DNA of 64,000 nucleotides from Lama guanicoe (taxonomy: Eukaryota): positions 4,241,371 to 4,305,370 of the forward strand of contig MU054338.1 in the NCBI GenBank assembly GCA_013239625.1. Reading direction: 5' to 3'. Positions 1 to 27,984 of the stretch are shown here, piece by piece. The first letter of the stretch is position 1. Every line of letters begins with the position of its first letter. Under the pieces are notes generated by a model that was not told the DNA's origin, did not search any database, and worked only from the letters and a program-made list of their open reading frames with translations. The translations under genes and the position numbers were made by a program.

Positions 1-870
1 CCCTCAAAGCCACCACAGGCCCTGCCCTAGGGGGCCCTTGATGCTTCTAGCCTCTGACCCTGCTTCCTATGACATGAGGACCAAGACCCCACAGGCCAAA
101 GTAGAGTCTCACAACAGCACGGGAGCTCCCTCACCCTGCAGCCAATCAATGAACCTTTCAAGGCCTCAGTCTCCCCATCAGGGCCACAAGAGGCTTGGTC
201 TGCAGCAGCGTGATGCCTTGGACCAGTGCTGCCCCACTGGCTTAAGGCGAGAGCAAGAACCTGGACACTCACAGCAATCTGACCATGTCACCTGACATCT
301 GTTGATTTTAATTAAAACAAAACTGGTTTTGTATCTTTCTCATTTCATTTTCCTAGTAAGTTGTTTTTACTGCATTTAACAACACTTTAGCCAATTTTGG
401 GGGATGGGGGGAAGAAACAATCTGGTCCTTCACAAAAGATCCTATGTCAGATTCACCAAAGTCATTTTGGGGCAAAAAGGTAGGCAAGACCCACTGTCCC
501 GCTTTCTGGGCCCCACCAACTCTCAGGGCACAAGCATCTGCATAAGACGGATGAGAAAGCTGAGGCCCGTCCACGGCCTCCTCTAGGAGGGGTGCCTGTG
601 CTTCTGAGCATCCCCACTCCAACAGAGGAAGCAAGAGGGTGCAGAGACCACCCGTTCTCGTTACAGCCAGCAGCCACAACCTGTCCTCCCTACAGACAGG
701 AGAGTACAAAGAACAGATGAAACTCCTTTGCCTTTCAGGCCTCTTCCTGGTCGACCAGCAATGGAGAAAAAGCCCTAAGCGACGTGGCCCTCAGACAGAG
801 CTCTCCCTCAAGTCCATAAGAAAGGCCAGAGACAGCGAGGAAACAACATGTTCTCCAAATCACAACTTAC

Positions 871-3800
871 CTGGGGGGAGGATGGATGGGGCCCAGCTGA
901 GAACTGATGGCTGCAGAGAGAAAATCCAAAGGAGAGATTGGCCTGGCTCTTCTTTGGGACCCCGAACACTGCCGGCCCCAGGCGCTCCTGCCTGCACGAG
1001 GGGCACCTAGCACCCCTCATGGTGCTTCTGAGCCTTCCTGAGCGCGACGGAGCCTGCCTCATGACAGCACACGCGCTGAGATTTCTGCCTCAGTTTCCAA
1101 GCGCTGGGATCTCTAAAGCTCATGGACCCCACATGACAAACACCAAGAACCTCCATAAAGGAGAGGTGCTGTCTGCTCAGTACTGCCAACTCCTGACAGC
1201 TACACCCTCCTAAGACCCTGAAGTCGCCCTCAGCCTGTGTCACCCAATGCACTTACAGTCTCCCTGGGAAGCCAGTTTTTTGCTCTCTGGTTGGTCTGTG
1301 AAAAGAAAGAGGACGTCAGATGCAGCACCCACCCACCCACAGCTGCCTCAAATCAGATGCTGGTGCCTCCTGTCCCGGCAAACAACCCTCTTGCTCCCCA
1401 CCCCCCACACCAGGACCAAGGCCAGAGAGTAGCAGAGATCGACCTCAGAGGGGACCAGACTTCATCAAACCCACCACTAGTACTCAGGAATAAAAACCCC
1501 TTTGTAACAGGGGGAAAATGATGGTGGCCCTGAGTCCTTCCAGCTAGGACCAAACCTGACTTGGGGAAGTCAGGCTAATGACCAGGCTGAGCATTTTAAA
1601 TGCGCTGGGTAACACTGCATGCCCTACGGCAGCTAAACTGTACTCATGTGGAGCCTCAGTACAGCTGCCAGCATCTCACTGGAGTAACAATCTTGAGAAC
1701 TTACAACTTGGACCTGGTCACGATCAACCTGCCCTCCTCTCAGCCACCTGATACCTCAGGGCGACAGGCCGAACAAAAAGAATGAACAAAGCTGGGATTG
1801 CTGAGGTTTTAAAAGACCAAATGGCAGCACCCCCCCCCAACTCTGAACCACATTCAAACAAAGGCACTTTACTCTCGGCCCCTTGGCCCTTTCAGCAGGT
1901 CGTTACCTCCATCTTCCAATTGCCTCTTTTGGCCCCCAAAACCAAAATCAGGAGTGCTGTTATTCACCGTTGTAGCAGCATCGCCCCCAATTTTGGCTGC
2001 AATCTAGAAATAAAGGGGTAAGCAAATGAGAATTACCACCCAAAGCTACCCTCCACAGTGTTCAAATCAACCTCTCACTTCTCTGGTTCATAAAAACCCA
2101 ACAGGTCTTTCTCTCTGGCCTGGGAGTTGCTTCCCCCTGATTTAGGGAAGAGCCTGTTGGTTAAGACATTCTAAAAGAAGTTTTCACCTAAGGCCTCAGA
2201 GTTCAAGAGTTGTTCAGAAATTCCAAAACTCCTTTTCTTGATGGGATTTGTGCCTAAATTGTTTGTGGCCAGACTGTCATCCACACTGATTTGTCCTAGG
2301 GGTGAAAGGAAGAAGTTCAGGTGCCAGGGAGGGTCTTCAGGTCATCTCCACCAGAAAGAACTTTCAGACACTTGCTGGTCCAAGTGCCCCATTCTTCTGG
2401 GATGTTGTGGAGCACAACTTGCCTGTACCTCCCTCACCTTGAAAATCTTTGCATTTGTTGAACAAATCTTAGGAAAGTTTTTGCTTCAAGGCACCTGAAA
2501 CCTTCATCTGACCAAAACAAAAGGTCTTTTCAAACATGTTACATTTCAGACACAGGAAGAGTAACTTCAAATAAACCTCACTCCAACAAGTTTAAGACCC
2601 AGAGTCTGATAGTGAGATTATCACAAGTTTTCCGAGGAAACACAAACCGTGAGCTGAGATCTTCCTTCTTAAACTTTTTCTTTGAACAGTCTGAGGCAAA
2701 GTTCTCGGGATGCCCAGATGGGGTCTTATCCGTCCCCAACAGACAACATCAACTCTCCCAACTGTAACTGCTTCTCAATCAAGACAGTCTGGGGGGGGCG
2801 GCAACCCCATCAAGTGCACATCAGAGTCCTACCCTTACTCCAGAGGTGAAAGCCACAGAGCACACTTGGCAGGGAACAGGGCGTTCACCTAACAGGGACC
2901 TCCCACCCGGCCCTGGAGGCATCGGGACAACCCTAAGAAAGCACTCAATGGTCTGAGATGGGTGGGCTTCCCCAAAGGTCAGCAAAGTTCTGGCTTTCTA
3001 TCAGCCTCCTCCCTTCAGGCCGCGGAGAGGCCGCGAATGGAGCTGGGGAGGTCAGTCAGACCAGCATGTGACACCTCTATGGAGTCATCCCGCCTCAAAA
3101 CCCAGTGGTGGAACCCTTTCCCTCTTTCCTAGAAAGAGACAGACCACACTTTCAAGCCATCAGTAGCATCAAAAAGAGCCAGCCCCTATGCCCACCCTCC
3201 CCATTTCACCTAAGTGCCTGGCCACTCTCTAGCCGCCGAAGGGTCCCCTTTCCACTTTCCAGCCTCAAGAGAAAGGACTTTACTTTCTCCCACTATCCCT
3301 CCTTCCTGGGCAGCAAGCAGGCGGAATGGGACTCGGATGAGGGCAAAGAGGGCTCTCTGCCCTGCTGGGGAGGTGGGGGCACAGCAAGACCTTCTCCCCG
3401 GGAAGGCGGACCCCCTACTTCCAAGTATGGAGCGCGTTCTAATGGCTGGGATTCCCAAAGTGAGTCCCGGCAGTCCAGAGCCCCTGCACATCCAGGGGCT
3501 GCTCCAGGTGACCCCCCCGGACAACCCCCCCTGCAGGGGGTCACCCCAGGGGGGCCCCAATTGAGGCTTCTGGGGAGGCCCAAGCCCCCGCCTACGGCCT
3601 CACGTGACCCGCGGCGGCCCCGGCCCCCCCACCGCGACCCCGCGCGCGCGCACGTGAACGCGCCCCCTCCCCCGCCCTCGCGCGCGCCCCTCAGGCCCGC
3701 GGCCTCCTCACCTGGCGGGCCCGCTGCACGGCGTCAGCGAAGGCGTCCTTGCGGATTCCCGGGCCGCCCCCGCCGGGCGGTTGCGAAGGGCCCCCACGCC

Positions 3801-3884
3801 GGCCCCGGCTCCTCCGGACCCCCCGCCCCCGCCGGCGGGTGGCGGCGGTCCGGGCGGGGGTCCTCCGGTGCTGTAGTCTGACAT
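871..3884 (-). CDS. KHSRP: KH-type splicing regulatory protein (FUBP2), coding exons 1-4 only; exon 1 frameshifted as assembled; gene continues beyond window start
   Basis: Exons: 3712-3884 ([22 protein letters not shown]...[28 protein letters not shown], in two frames), 1907-2003 ([32 protein letters not shown]), 1257-1295 ([13 protein letters not shown]), 871-910 ([13 protein letters not shown]). All have AG/GT boundaries and match the KHSRP N-terminus. Confidence 0.96.
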
Positions 3885-4800
3885 GGCGCGGCGAGGCCGG
3901 GCCTGGCGCGGAGGCTGAAGCTGAGGAGGAGGAGGCAGCAGCGGCGGCTCAACGCGGGAACAAGGCCTCGCTCCACACGGCCGCGGAGCACTCTGGGAAC
4001 CCAGCGGCTGGGAAGACGACGAGGGGGGGAGGGTCGCCCCCTCCCGACGCCGGCTTGACGGACGGCGCCGTCGGGCCAATGGGAGGCGGCCGCCGCTCCC
4101 TGGACACCAATCGTGGGCCCTGAAGGCGAGCGGCCAATCGGAGTGCTGTGAGAGGCAGTGGGCGGGAGGCGCCGCGAGATCGACAGCTCTCGGAGGCAAT
4201 GGGCTGCGGGCTGCTAGCGCTGGGCGGGTAAATCGAGGCGATCCGGGAAGCCCAGGGCCCAATGAAGCAGGACTTCCAGAAACGCGGGGCGGCTTCAGAA
4301 CCGGATTGACGGCTCGAAGCGTCAAGTGTACAGGAAGGAGGTACTGGCGACAGGCCTCTTTGAACGGGCTGGGCAGGAGCCGGGTGACATAGTCGGGTAC
4401 GCCAGCCAATAAGTGCACGCGGAAGGCGGTTCTTGTAGAGATCGGCAGTCAATTTAATCCAATCTCTGACGAACTCTGTGTGAGGCGCTTACGTTTGGCC
4501 TGGATTGGTTTCCTTACTAACCGGAATCCTTTTCTAGACCTGTCTTCTAAGCCAATGGCTGAGCGGCAGGGGCGGGTGTAAGGTGACTGACACCGCTTCG
4601 GACAAATGGCAATGGAGAAAATAGAGGCGCCCGGTTTTGGTGGGAGCCAGTGGAAGCGCAGCTGCATTGGGGCGGATACGGTCACCAGACAGCGAGAGGG
4701 GATTAGCGGGAGCTGTGGTGAATGGCAGCCGACGTGGGCATTGGCGACCGGCTGCCGGAATTCAGGCCTGATGTCTGGGTTAGCGCCCCAGGATCCTGGC
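3560..4800. promoter_or_regulatory. CpG-island promoter of KHSRP with CCAAT-box cluster and intronic CACGTG E-boxes
   Basis: Very CpG-rich. CCAAT/ATTGG at 4076, 4107, 4134, 4259, 4406, 4459, 4504, 4552, 4666, 4740. CACGTG at 3601 and 3651. Confidence 0.8.
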
Positions 4801-4919
4801 TGGGTAGGCCAGGCACGTGGCCTGCTTGAGGCTTTGGAGACGGGTGCTTCCGGGGGCGGGGTGGCTTTAGAGCAAGAGGAAACTCAGGGATTCGCTGTAC
4901 CCCCTCTCCTCTGTCACCA

Positions 4920-5655
4920 GGGGATCTAGAACCCCCACTTCTCTTCCAGGACTCATGGAACCAGCTCCCCTCCTGAACTCAAGGGTCTGGGGCCTTTGCT
5001 TTCCTCCCAGGACTGAGGGATCCCAGCCTCTAATTCTACATCCCACACCCGCTTCACGTAAGGTCCTTGGATACAACCCCCAATCTCTGATCCTAGGCCC
5101 TCAGCTTCCCCCCTGGACCGAGGCATCATGCAGGCTTCCAATTCACATTCAGGACTGAGGTGCCGGCCCAAGGTACCCATCCCCAGCTCCAGGACCCAGG
5201 GGTCCCAGATACCCAGCTCGGATTCGAGATTCAAGGATCCCATATACCTAGCTCCTCTCAGACTCAGATATCTGAATCACCCAGCTCCCTCTTAGACCCA
5301 GCATATTCCAGGTTCCCAGCTTACCCTGTAGATTTGTTTAGGGGCGAGTCCATTTGGAGGAGTCACATTTGGGGAGTTCCCAGGATAGTGAGGGAAGTGC
5401 TCATGAGTTTTGGGATGTCTAAGTGTCAGATTTGGCGAATTTAGGAACCATTTTGACTTTTGGAGGCATTTGAGGACTGGGTCTGATACTGGCCCCCAGC
5501 CCCATTCTAGACACAGGATTCCACGTCCCGAACTCACCTCCTGGAACTAAGGATTCAAGGTCCCTAACTTAATCTCCTGGACCCAGGGAGCCAGATAACC
5601 AGCTCCTCTCTTGGACCCAGGAATCTAGGTCCCCTTTGCCCTCCTGAACCCAGGT
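4920..5655. repeat. Degenerate tandem repeat (CCCAGCTCC/GGACCCAGG units) interrupted by a 160-bp duplicated block
   Basis: Recurrent ccagctcc...ggacccagg...ggtccc units; interruption at 5331-5487. Confidence 0.55.
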
Positions 5656-5681
5656 AGACACATCTAGTAGGAAACCATCTC

Positions 5682-5687
5682 TTTATT
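5682..5687 (-). terminator. Poly(A) signal AATAAA of SLC25A41
   Basis: tttatt on the + strand, about 250 nt downstream of the SLC25A41 stop codon. Confidence 0.7.
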
Positions 5688-5939
5688 CCTGGGTTGTCTC
5701 CACATTCACCCTTTTGCCCTGAAACCAGGATAAGTCACAACAGCCAAACTGGAGTCCAAACTAGTCCCAGGCTGCACCCTGGGGAGGAGACTCCAGGAAT
5801 CTTCTAATCCAGGCCCCCAGCCTGCTTTTCCTGACAAAAGCTGCCCTGGGTCCTGAGCGTGGAGGGCTCCTTGGGGTCAGGGGACACTGGATCCTCCCAG
5901 TGTCCATTTCTGCCCAGGGTGTGTCACCTAGCTCACTGC

Positions 5940-11028
<5,089 letters not shown>

Positions 11029-11184
11029 TCAAATCCCTGGTGAGAGGTTTGCCCATCTAGCAACCTTGTGGGAGGGGCGCCTTGTAAACTTGGGTCCCAG
11101 GGGATGATGAGGTCACAGAGGCCCTTGTGACCTCACTGCATATGCTGGACTGAGCGAGGGTCTCTCCTCACAAAAAGGTCCACA

Positions 11185-11636
11185 TTGTAATCCCTCTCAA
11201 CCTGTGAATGTGTTATGTTACATGGCAAAGGGCAAGGGGTGGATATATTTGCATAGAATTAAGGTTCCTAACCAGCTGATGGGGAGATGGAAAGATTGTT
11301 CTCGATTAACCACAGGGGCTCAGCATCATCTCACGAGTCCTTAAACAGGGAAGAGGGAGGCAGAACAGTCAGCATTCGAAGGACTGGGTGTGAGAAAGAC
11401 TTCACTAGCCGTTACTGGCTTTGAAGACGGAGGAGGCGGGTGCTGTGAGCCACAGAATGAAAGTGGCCTTTAGAAGCTGGAACCCTGGGGCTTCCAGAAG
11501 GAGCCAGCCCTGCCGACACCTTAATTTTAGCCCAGCAAGATCCACATCAGGCTTCTGACCTCCCAGAATAATATGCGTTGTTTTAAACCACCAAGTTTGT
11601 GGTTCTTTGTTACAACAGCCATAGGAAATTAACACG
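11185..11636 (+). mobile_element. MaLR LTR (MLT1-like)
   Basis: cctgtgaatgtgttatgttacatggcaaaggg...gccctgccgacaccttaattttagccc...tttgttacaacagccataggaaattaacac. Confidence 0.7.
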
Positions 11637-11919
11637 CTGCGTTTCATTGTCATGGCAACAAGAGATGGAAGCTGGGGAGAACGAGAAGGCTCTGGGAGCT
11701 CTGGGAGAGAGAGACACACAGTGAGTCTCCAGAGTAAGATGGGCATAGGTTGAGAGTCAATGGACCTGGGTTGGAATCCCATCTCGGGCACGTCTTGCTG
11801 TGTGACCTTAGAGTAGCTGCTTTGTTTCTCTGAGCTTCAGTTTCCCCATCCGGAAGTTGGAGGCAATGATTAACTCTACCATGGAGTGTTGTCAGTAGGA
11901 TCCAATGAGAGTTTTCATC

Positions 11920-12740
11920 GAGGGCACCTCCATCCTCCAAGTTGTTTGATCAAAAGCCTTGATGTCATCCGTGGATCCTCCCTTTCTCCCTTGCCCACAG
12001 TCTGCCATCAAATTCTGGGGGCTTAACCTTCAAAGAGTACCCAGAGGCTGGCTGCTGCTTACCATGTGCATGGCCACCACTTTGGTCCAGCCCCGCTGTC
12101 ATTTACCTGGGCCGGTGCGGTGGCCTCCACCATGCTTCCACAGCTCCTGCCCTCCCCACAGCAACCCTCAGAGAGCGTTTGTAAGCACCTGAGTCAGGTC
12201 CCACCCCTCCTCTGCCTACAGCCCTTGGGGGCTCCCACCTCCCATGGGTAAAAGCTCAAGTCCTCCCCATGGCCCACAAGGCCCTGTAGCCCCTGCCCCT
12301 GTCCCCTCCCAGTCCTCACCTCCTCCCTCTCTCCCCCTCGCTCACACGGGCCTCCTTGTTCTTCCAACACGTCAGGCATGCTGCTGCCCCAGTACCTTTG
12401 CACTGATCACTCTGCCTGGGATGCTGTTTCCCTAGACACCCCCATGGCTCACTCCCTCAGCATCTTAAATTTTTTTCAAATATCACCTTCTCTCTGACCT
12501 CTCTACTTAAAATTTAAACTATAGTTTTCTCATCCCCCCTCCCTCCTTTATTTTTCTCTGGGACACCTTTGCTATCTACACTGCTACATATTCACTCACT
12601 TGAGTTTCTTCTTCATTTCTCCCCACTGGAATGTAGGGCCTAGGAGAACAGAGATCTTTGTTTCATTCAATTCTGTATCCAATGTCCAGAATGGGGTCTG
12701 GGATAAAGTAAGTGTTCAATAAATATATGCTCAATAAAGA
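11920..12740 (+). mobile_element. LINE-2 3' fragment(s)
   Basis: Pyrimidine-rich L2 pattern (cctctgcctacagccc...ccctctgcctgggatgctgtttccctagac) ending agtgttcaataaatatatg. Confidence 0.55.
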
Positions 12741-12849
12741 AATGGAATAATACATTAGGGGCTTAGCACAGAGTGAGGGTACACAGCACCTACTTAATAA
12801 ATGTAAGTTCTTTCCCTTCCAAGATTTCAGTGGAGTAACAATAAGAGGT

Positions 12850-13225
12850 CAGATTCATGGGTAGCAGAGGCAGAGGGTGGGGAGAGTGTGAACCAGATGA
12901 AGGTGGTCAAAAGGTACAAACTTCCAGTTATAAGATAAATAATACTAAAAAAAAAGATAAGTACTAAGGAGGTAATATGCACATGATAAATAGAATTAAC
13001 AGAGCTGTATGTTATATATGAAAGTTAAGAGAGTAAATTCTAAGGGTTCTCATCACAAGAAAAGTTTTTCTCTTTAACTTTGTATCCAAATGAAATAATG
13101 GATGTTTGCTAAACTTACTGTGATCATTTCTTTATGCTGTGTTAATCAAATCAGTATGCTGTGCACCTTAAATTTATACAGTGCTTTATGTCAACTATAT
13201 CTCAACAAAACTGGAAGAAAACAAA
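12850..13225 (+). mobile_element. LINE-1 3' end fragment
   Basis: aaaggtacaaacttccagttataagataaataa...gttctcatcacaag...tgtcaactatatctcaacaaaactggaag. Confidence 0.7.
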
Positions 13226-13959
13226 TGTGGACAAGGAAATGGATGTTGAATGTCCCAGTTAAATTAAAAAGTGGTAACACCAGATGCTGACATGGCCACA
13301 GTAAAACTGGTAGTGCTAATTCCTTGTTGATAGCTGTGTATAATGCACACAATTTTTGTGGCAGCATGACCTGCAGATAGTCATATGCTTTGACCCAGAA
13401 ATCCCACTTCTGGGAATTGATCCTAAAAATACAATTTTTAAAAAGTGAAAATACAAAACAGCTAGCAAGGCTTGATCCTTTATCTGAGTGTGTGAAAAAC
13501 CTTATCTATATATGTGTATGTGTATTGGTTAGCTATTGCTGCATAACAAGTCACCACCTCCCAACCATAGCAGCTTAAAACATGAACAAGATGGTAGCTG
13601 CAGTATCTTTATAACCTAATCTTGGAAGTAATATACCATCACTTCTGCCATATTCTCTTGGTCATACAGACCCACCTTGGTACAATGAAAGAGATTACAC
13701 AGGAATGTGAAAAGCAAGAGGCAAAGATCATTGGGGGACATCTTGGAGGATGACTATCATAGTCAACAAAGAAAAAAGTTTCGTCTTGTGAAGACAGGCA
13801 GAAATTGGCATCCAAATGATACCAGAAGATAGGAAGAGGCACTGAAAGATTCTCCCCTAGACTCTTCATTGGGAAAATGGCCTTGCTCACACCTTGATAT
13901 TGGAGTTCTACCCTCCAGAATTGTTAGAGAATAAAATTCTGGGTTCTTTTTTAAAATTT

Positions 13960-14400
13960 ATGATAGCCCAAAAGTGGAAACAACCCCAGTGTCCATCAGT
14001 GGATGAATGGATAAACACAGTGTGGTCCAACCTTACAGTAGAATATTACTTAGCCTTAAAAAGGAAGGAGATTTTGACATATGCCACGGACACAGATAAA
14101 CCTTGAGGCCATGATGCTCAGTGAGATAAACCAGACTCAGAAGAACAAATGCTGTGTGAGTCCACTTATACAAGGTTCCTAGAGGAGTCAAATCCATGGA
14201 GACAGAAAGTAGGATGGTGGGTACCAGGGACTGGGGGAGGGGGATGGGGAGTCAGTGTTTAATGGAAAAAGTTTTGGAGCTGGATGGTGGGGGATGGTCG
14301 TAAGACAATGTGAATGTACTTAATGTCACAGAACTGTATATTTAAAAATTCGTTACAATGGTAACTTTTACATAATGTGTATTTTACCACAATATGAAAA
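13960..14400 (+). mobile_element. LINE-1 3' fragment (L1MB-like)
   Basis: atagcccaaaagtggaaacaaccccagtgtccatcagtggatgaatggataaac...atgtacttaatgtcacagaactgta...attttaccacaat. Confidence 0.7.
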
Positions 14401-14854
14401 TACGACAATCTAAAATGATGGTGTTGCTTTAAGCCCCAGTGGTGGTAACTTGTTACGGCATCCCAGGGATAGGAACACACTTGTATAATTAGGAAAAAGA
14501 CAGGAAACATTAGGAGGGCTCCTGAACGTGGACTGTTCCCTGCACCCACTTCGCAGATGTGGAAACTGAGGCTCAAAGAGGGAGTCATTTCCTGGTGTCC
14601 CAGAGCCATGTGTGATGGCAGCTGGCCCATCCCTTGGGTGGTGTCCCTCCCCTGTGGGTAGTTTGAGATGGTCCCATATCCACCCACCCACTTTCAGTAA
14701 AAACCACAATGAAAGAGCTTAGAAAATGTATTCCTTTGTTCTTTTCTTTGAAATAACACACAAGCAGGGAGGTGGGGCATAGTGGAGGTGGGGGAGGTGG
14801 AAGCATTGGGGGGTCCTCCCACCCCCCAACATCCCAGTTCCTCTTTCACAGTCC

Positions 14855-14860
14855 TTTAAT
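14855..14860 (-). terminator. Candidate poly(A) signal ATTAAA of SLC25A23
   Basis: tttaat on the + strand, about 1.56 kb downstream of the stop codon; position only, no transcript evidence. Confidence 0.4.
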
Positions 14861-15539
14861 GGGGCTCCCCAGGGGCTTGGAAGGAATGGAGAGAGGGGTC
14901 CCCCAATTATCTTAAGCTCAGATCCTAACCATAAAGTGCAGAGTGTCCCGGGTTGGGGTACTGGGGGCTCGGGTTATTTGGGATGGATGGGCTGTCTGCT
15001 CCTCTCTTGTAGAAAAATAGACCTGGAGTCAGTTTGGGGGATTTGAGGGTTTGGGGTTTGTTTGTTTTGCATCATTGGAGGCTTGGGTTTAGGGAAGCTG
15101 CTCCTGGCTTCCAACTCTGAAGCCTGGGGAGGGGCGGGCAGGGCCAGGGTGTGTCGGGGGGAATCCCCTTAATGTGTCCCCAGCCTTAGATTGCCTCCTC
15201 GCCAGCCCCTAAGAAAGAGCCACTGGGTCCCCCAGAGGGGCCCAGGCTCTGGGGGTTATGATCAGCCTGTCCAGTGGGAAGGGGCAAGAAGCCCCCACAG
15301 AGCGCTGGGGGAGCAGCTTCCCCGCAGGGGGGTGGGGGTCCGACGTCCGTGTAGGGCCTGGGAGGGGCGCCTCCTTCCCCTGCTATCGGCCTCAGTCATG
15401 TCAGGACAGTGGGCGAGTCCTGGGGGGTCTTCTGGAGCTGAAAGGCCAGGACTCGGGCTTCCGGGAGGCTCTGTAGACTATGGGGTTTGTGCAATGGGGC
15501 AGAGTCTCTGGGTCCTGGTGTGTGTCTGGGACTGGGGGA

Positions 15540-16340
15540 GACCCAGGATGCTGCAATGGGTCTATTGGGAGCTAGACTGGGGGTCTGGGCTTTGGGGATC
15601 CAGTGCCTGGAAATGTTGGGGTCTGCATCTTATAGGTGAGGGTTTGGGATCCAGTGCCTGCGGTGAAGGGATTGGGGATCCCATGGCTGCAGCTGCCAGG
15701 ACCTGCTCACTCTGCCACTGGGCTCTCGCCCCTGTGGTTTCAGGAGCAAGGATCTGGCAGGTCAGGGCTTGGGACTCTGGGATCCAGGGGTTGAGGGCAT
15801 AATGGTTGAAATATAGGACCTGGTAATTGAAGCAGAGGGATCTGGGACCCAGTGTCGAGGTAAAGGATTTCAGGAATCCAGGGAGGGGGGAGGGATCTGG
15901 GATCCAGTGGCTGGGGTCCCGGGATCTCAGCATTGCACTGTCAGGATCCTGTGGCTGAGGTTTCTTGAGATCCAGAATCCAGTGGCTGAGCTTGGAGATC
16001 CATGGCTTGGAGCAGGGGGATCTAGGATCCGTCAGTGGGCTTGAGGATCTAGGATCCGGCATGGCCTGAGGACACTGGATCTGGTGCCTGAGGCAGCTGG
16101 GGTCAGGGTGTTTAGCTATGGGATATGTACTGCTGTAGCTGGAGTGTCAGGAGCCAGTAGCTGGGGTGTGGGGGGTCCAGCGGTTAAGACAGGGAGGTCC
16201 AGGACTCAGTATGTGGGGGGCTGGCAGGGAACGTGGGATCCAGTAGCTGCGACTTGGGGCAGAAGGACCCAGTGGATGGAGTGTGGGGATCCTGTAGTTT
16301 GAATACGGGGTCAGGGAACCTGGGATCTGCTGGCTGGGCC
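15540..16340. repeat. Degenerate GGATCC/GGATCT-core tandem repeat in SLC25A23 3' UTR
   Basis: Many units such as gggatccagtgcctg, ggatccagtggctg, gggatctaggatcc. Confidence 0.6.
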
Positions 16341-16418
16341 ATCCGTCTCCAGTGGCTGAGGTGTGGGAGACATCAAGATTGAGGTGAGGGATCAGGGGTT
16401 GGGGAGGCTCTGGGTCCC

Positions 16419-26548
<10,130 letters not shown>

Positions 26549-27984
26549 GGCGCCCGCCCGGGGGGGAGGGGAGGCCCTGCAGCCGCGCCTCAGCGGGGGC
26601 TTGACGGCTCCCCCTCCCCCCCTTGGGGCCCCGCAGGGCCAGCTCCGCGGCCACTGCCACCGCAGCCTCCGCGCTGCCTGCCTGCCTCCGGCACTTGTAG
26701 GAGGCGGTGACTGCTAGCCGTCGCCGCCCGCTCCAGAACTTGCGTCTCCTCCCCCAACCCGCACTGGGGGAAGGGGGCCGGGGGCGGAGCTGGCGGGGGG
26801 GTTGCAGCCAGGGATCCTCTGGTATTAGCACAACCTAGGGAGCACCAGGGTTCATTCTGAGAAGAGGGGGCTAGAGAGATCAATGATCTCAGGTCTGGTT
26901 TCAGAGCTCCACTTCTACGTGCCTCGGTTTATCCTTTGGCCAAGGGGGGGATGCAGGGAGATGTTAGGAACCGGATTCCGTAATCCCTTTCTATTTGACA
27001 TCCCTTTTCTACTAATGTTCTTCAGGAACTAAAGTTCTCACATTTCCTAGACGTACTCAATAACCAACTCTGCGCCATCTAGTCCTCCATCTGCCACCCC
27101 GCTCATTTCACATTCCTTACCTGGCCACAGGAACAGAAGATCAAGACGCCGTGCTCTCCCTCAATGCTTTCATCCTGCCCGCGCGCCTTCTTTCTCGGTC
27201 TCACTCAGACTGGGAAACGGAAGATCAACGCGCGGCGCGGTTGCAAAGTCGGTTTCCTATTGGCCAAAGTTGCAGGGCTGCGCCCGTCGGTCCCGCCTCG
27301 CCCACCCACCTAGGCGGGGCCTCCCGGTTGACCCCGCGCTGCTTTAGGCGCCGTGGCCCCCGGCTCGCCTGCAGTCTTAAAGGGGCCTAGGCCGGATGCA
27401 GACGCTAAACTAACTGCTTTCTCCGGCATAGTAGGGGTGTCAGTGTCCTGGGGGCGGCTGGGGATGAGGACCGAGTAACCGAGCTCTGGAGGCGGGGCCT
27501 CAGCCTGTCGCGCTAGCTGCACCTGCCGAACCTCCCTCCCACTAGTTTCGGGCGCAGTTTCGCGATTCACCATTAGGGGGAAGGGCGCCCAGATCTTTTG
27601 ACAGCGAATAATAGTGACAATAGCTAACAATGATCAGTACAGTGCGTTGCACAAGGCATGCCTTTTACTCATCTCTCAAGTGGTCCTCACCAAAACCTTG
27701 TAAGGTAGGTGGGACTCGCTTTCCCATTTCCCAGATGAGGAAACAGGAGGTTAAGCCGCTCCCCTCTTCCCCCAACCCCGTCCACATGCCCAGTAAGGGG
27801 CAAAGCAAACATTTAACCAGACCTGGGATTCTTACTCATCATCGCTCTATACCCTAGAAGGGGTTATTTTTTCCTTAACCATCATTCTTCACTCTAGAGT
27901 ACCCAGGAGGGGGTCGTCTTGTCATCGTCCTTTATCCAAAGAAACAGCCGTTGAAGGTTCATACGGTTCCACTCAGCTTCTGTC

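Noticed and set aside
3105..4452. Long Pro/Gly/Arg-rich ORFs around the KHSRP promoter
   Set aside because: Expected stop-codon depletion in a CpG island; only the KHSRP exon 1 portion has recognisable homology.
15191..16062. 203-aa and 166-aa ORFs downstream of the SLC25A23 stop
   Set aside because: They arise from the degenerate GGATCC repeat in the 3' UTR; low complexity, no domain.
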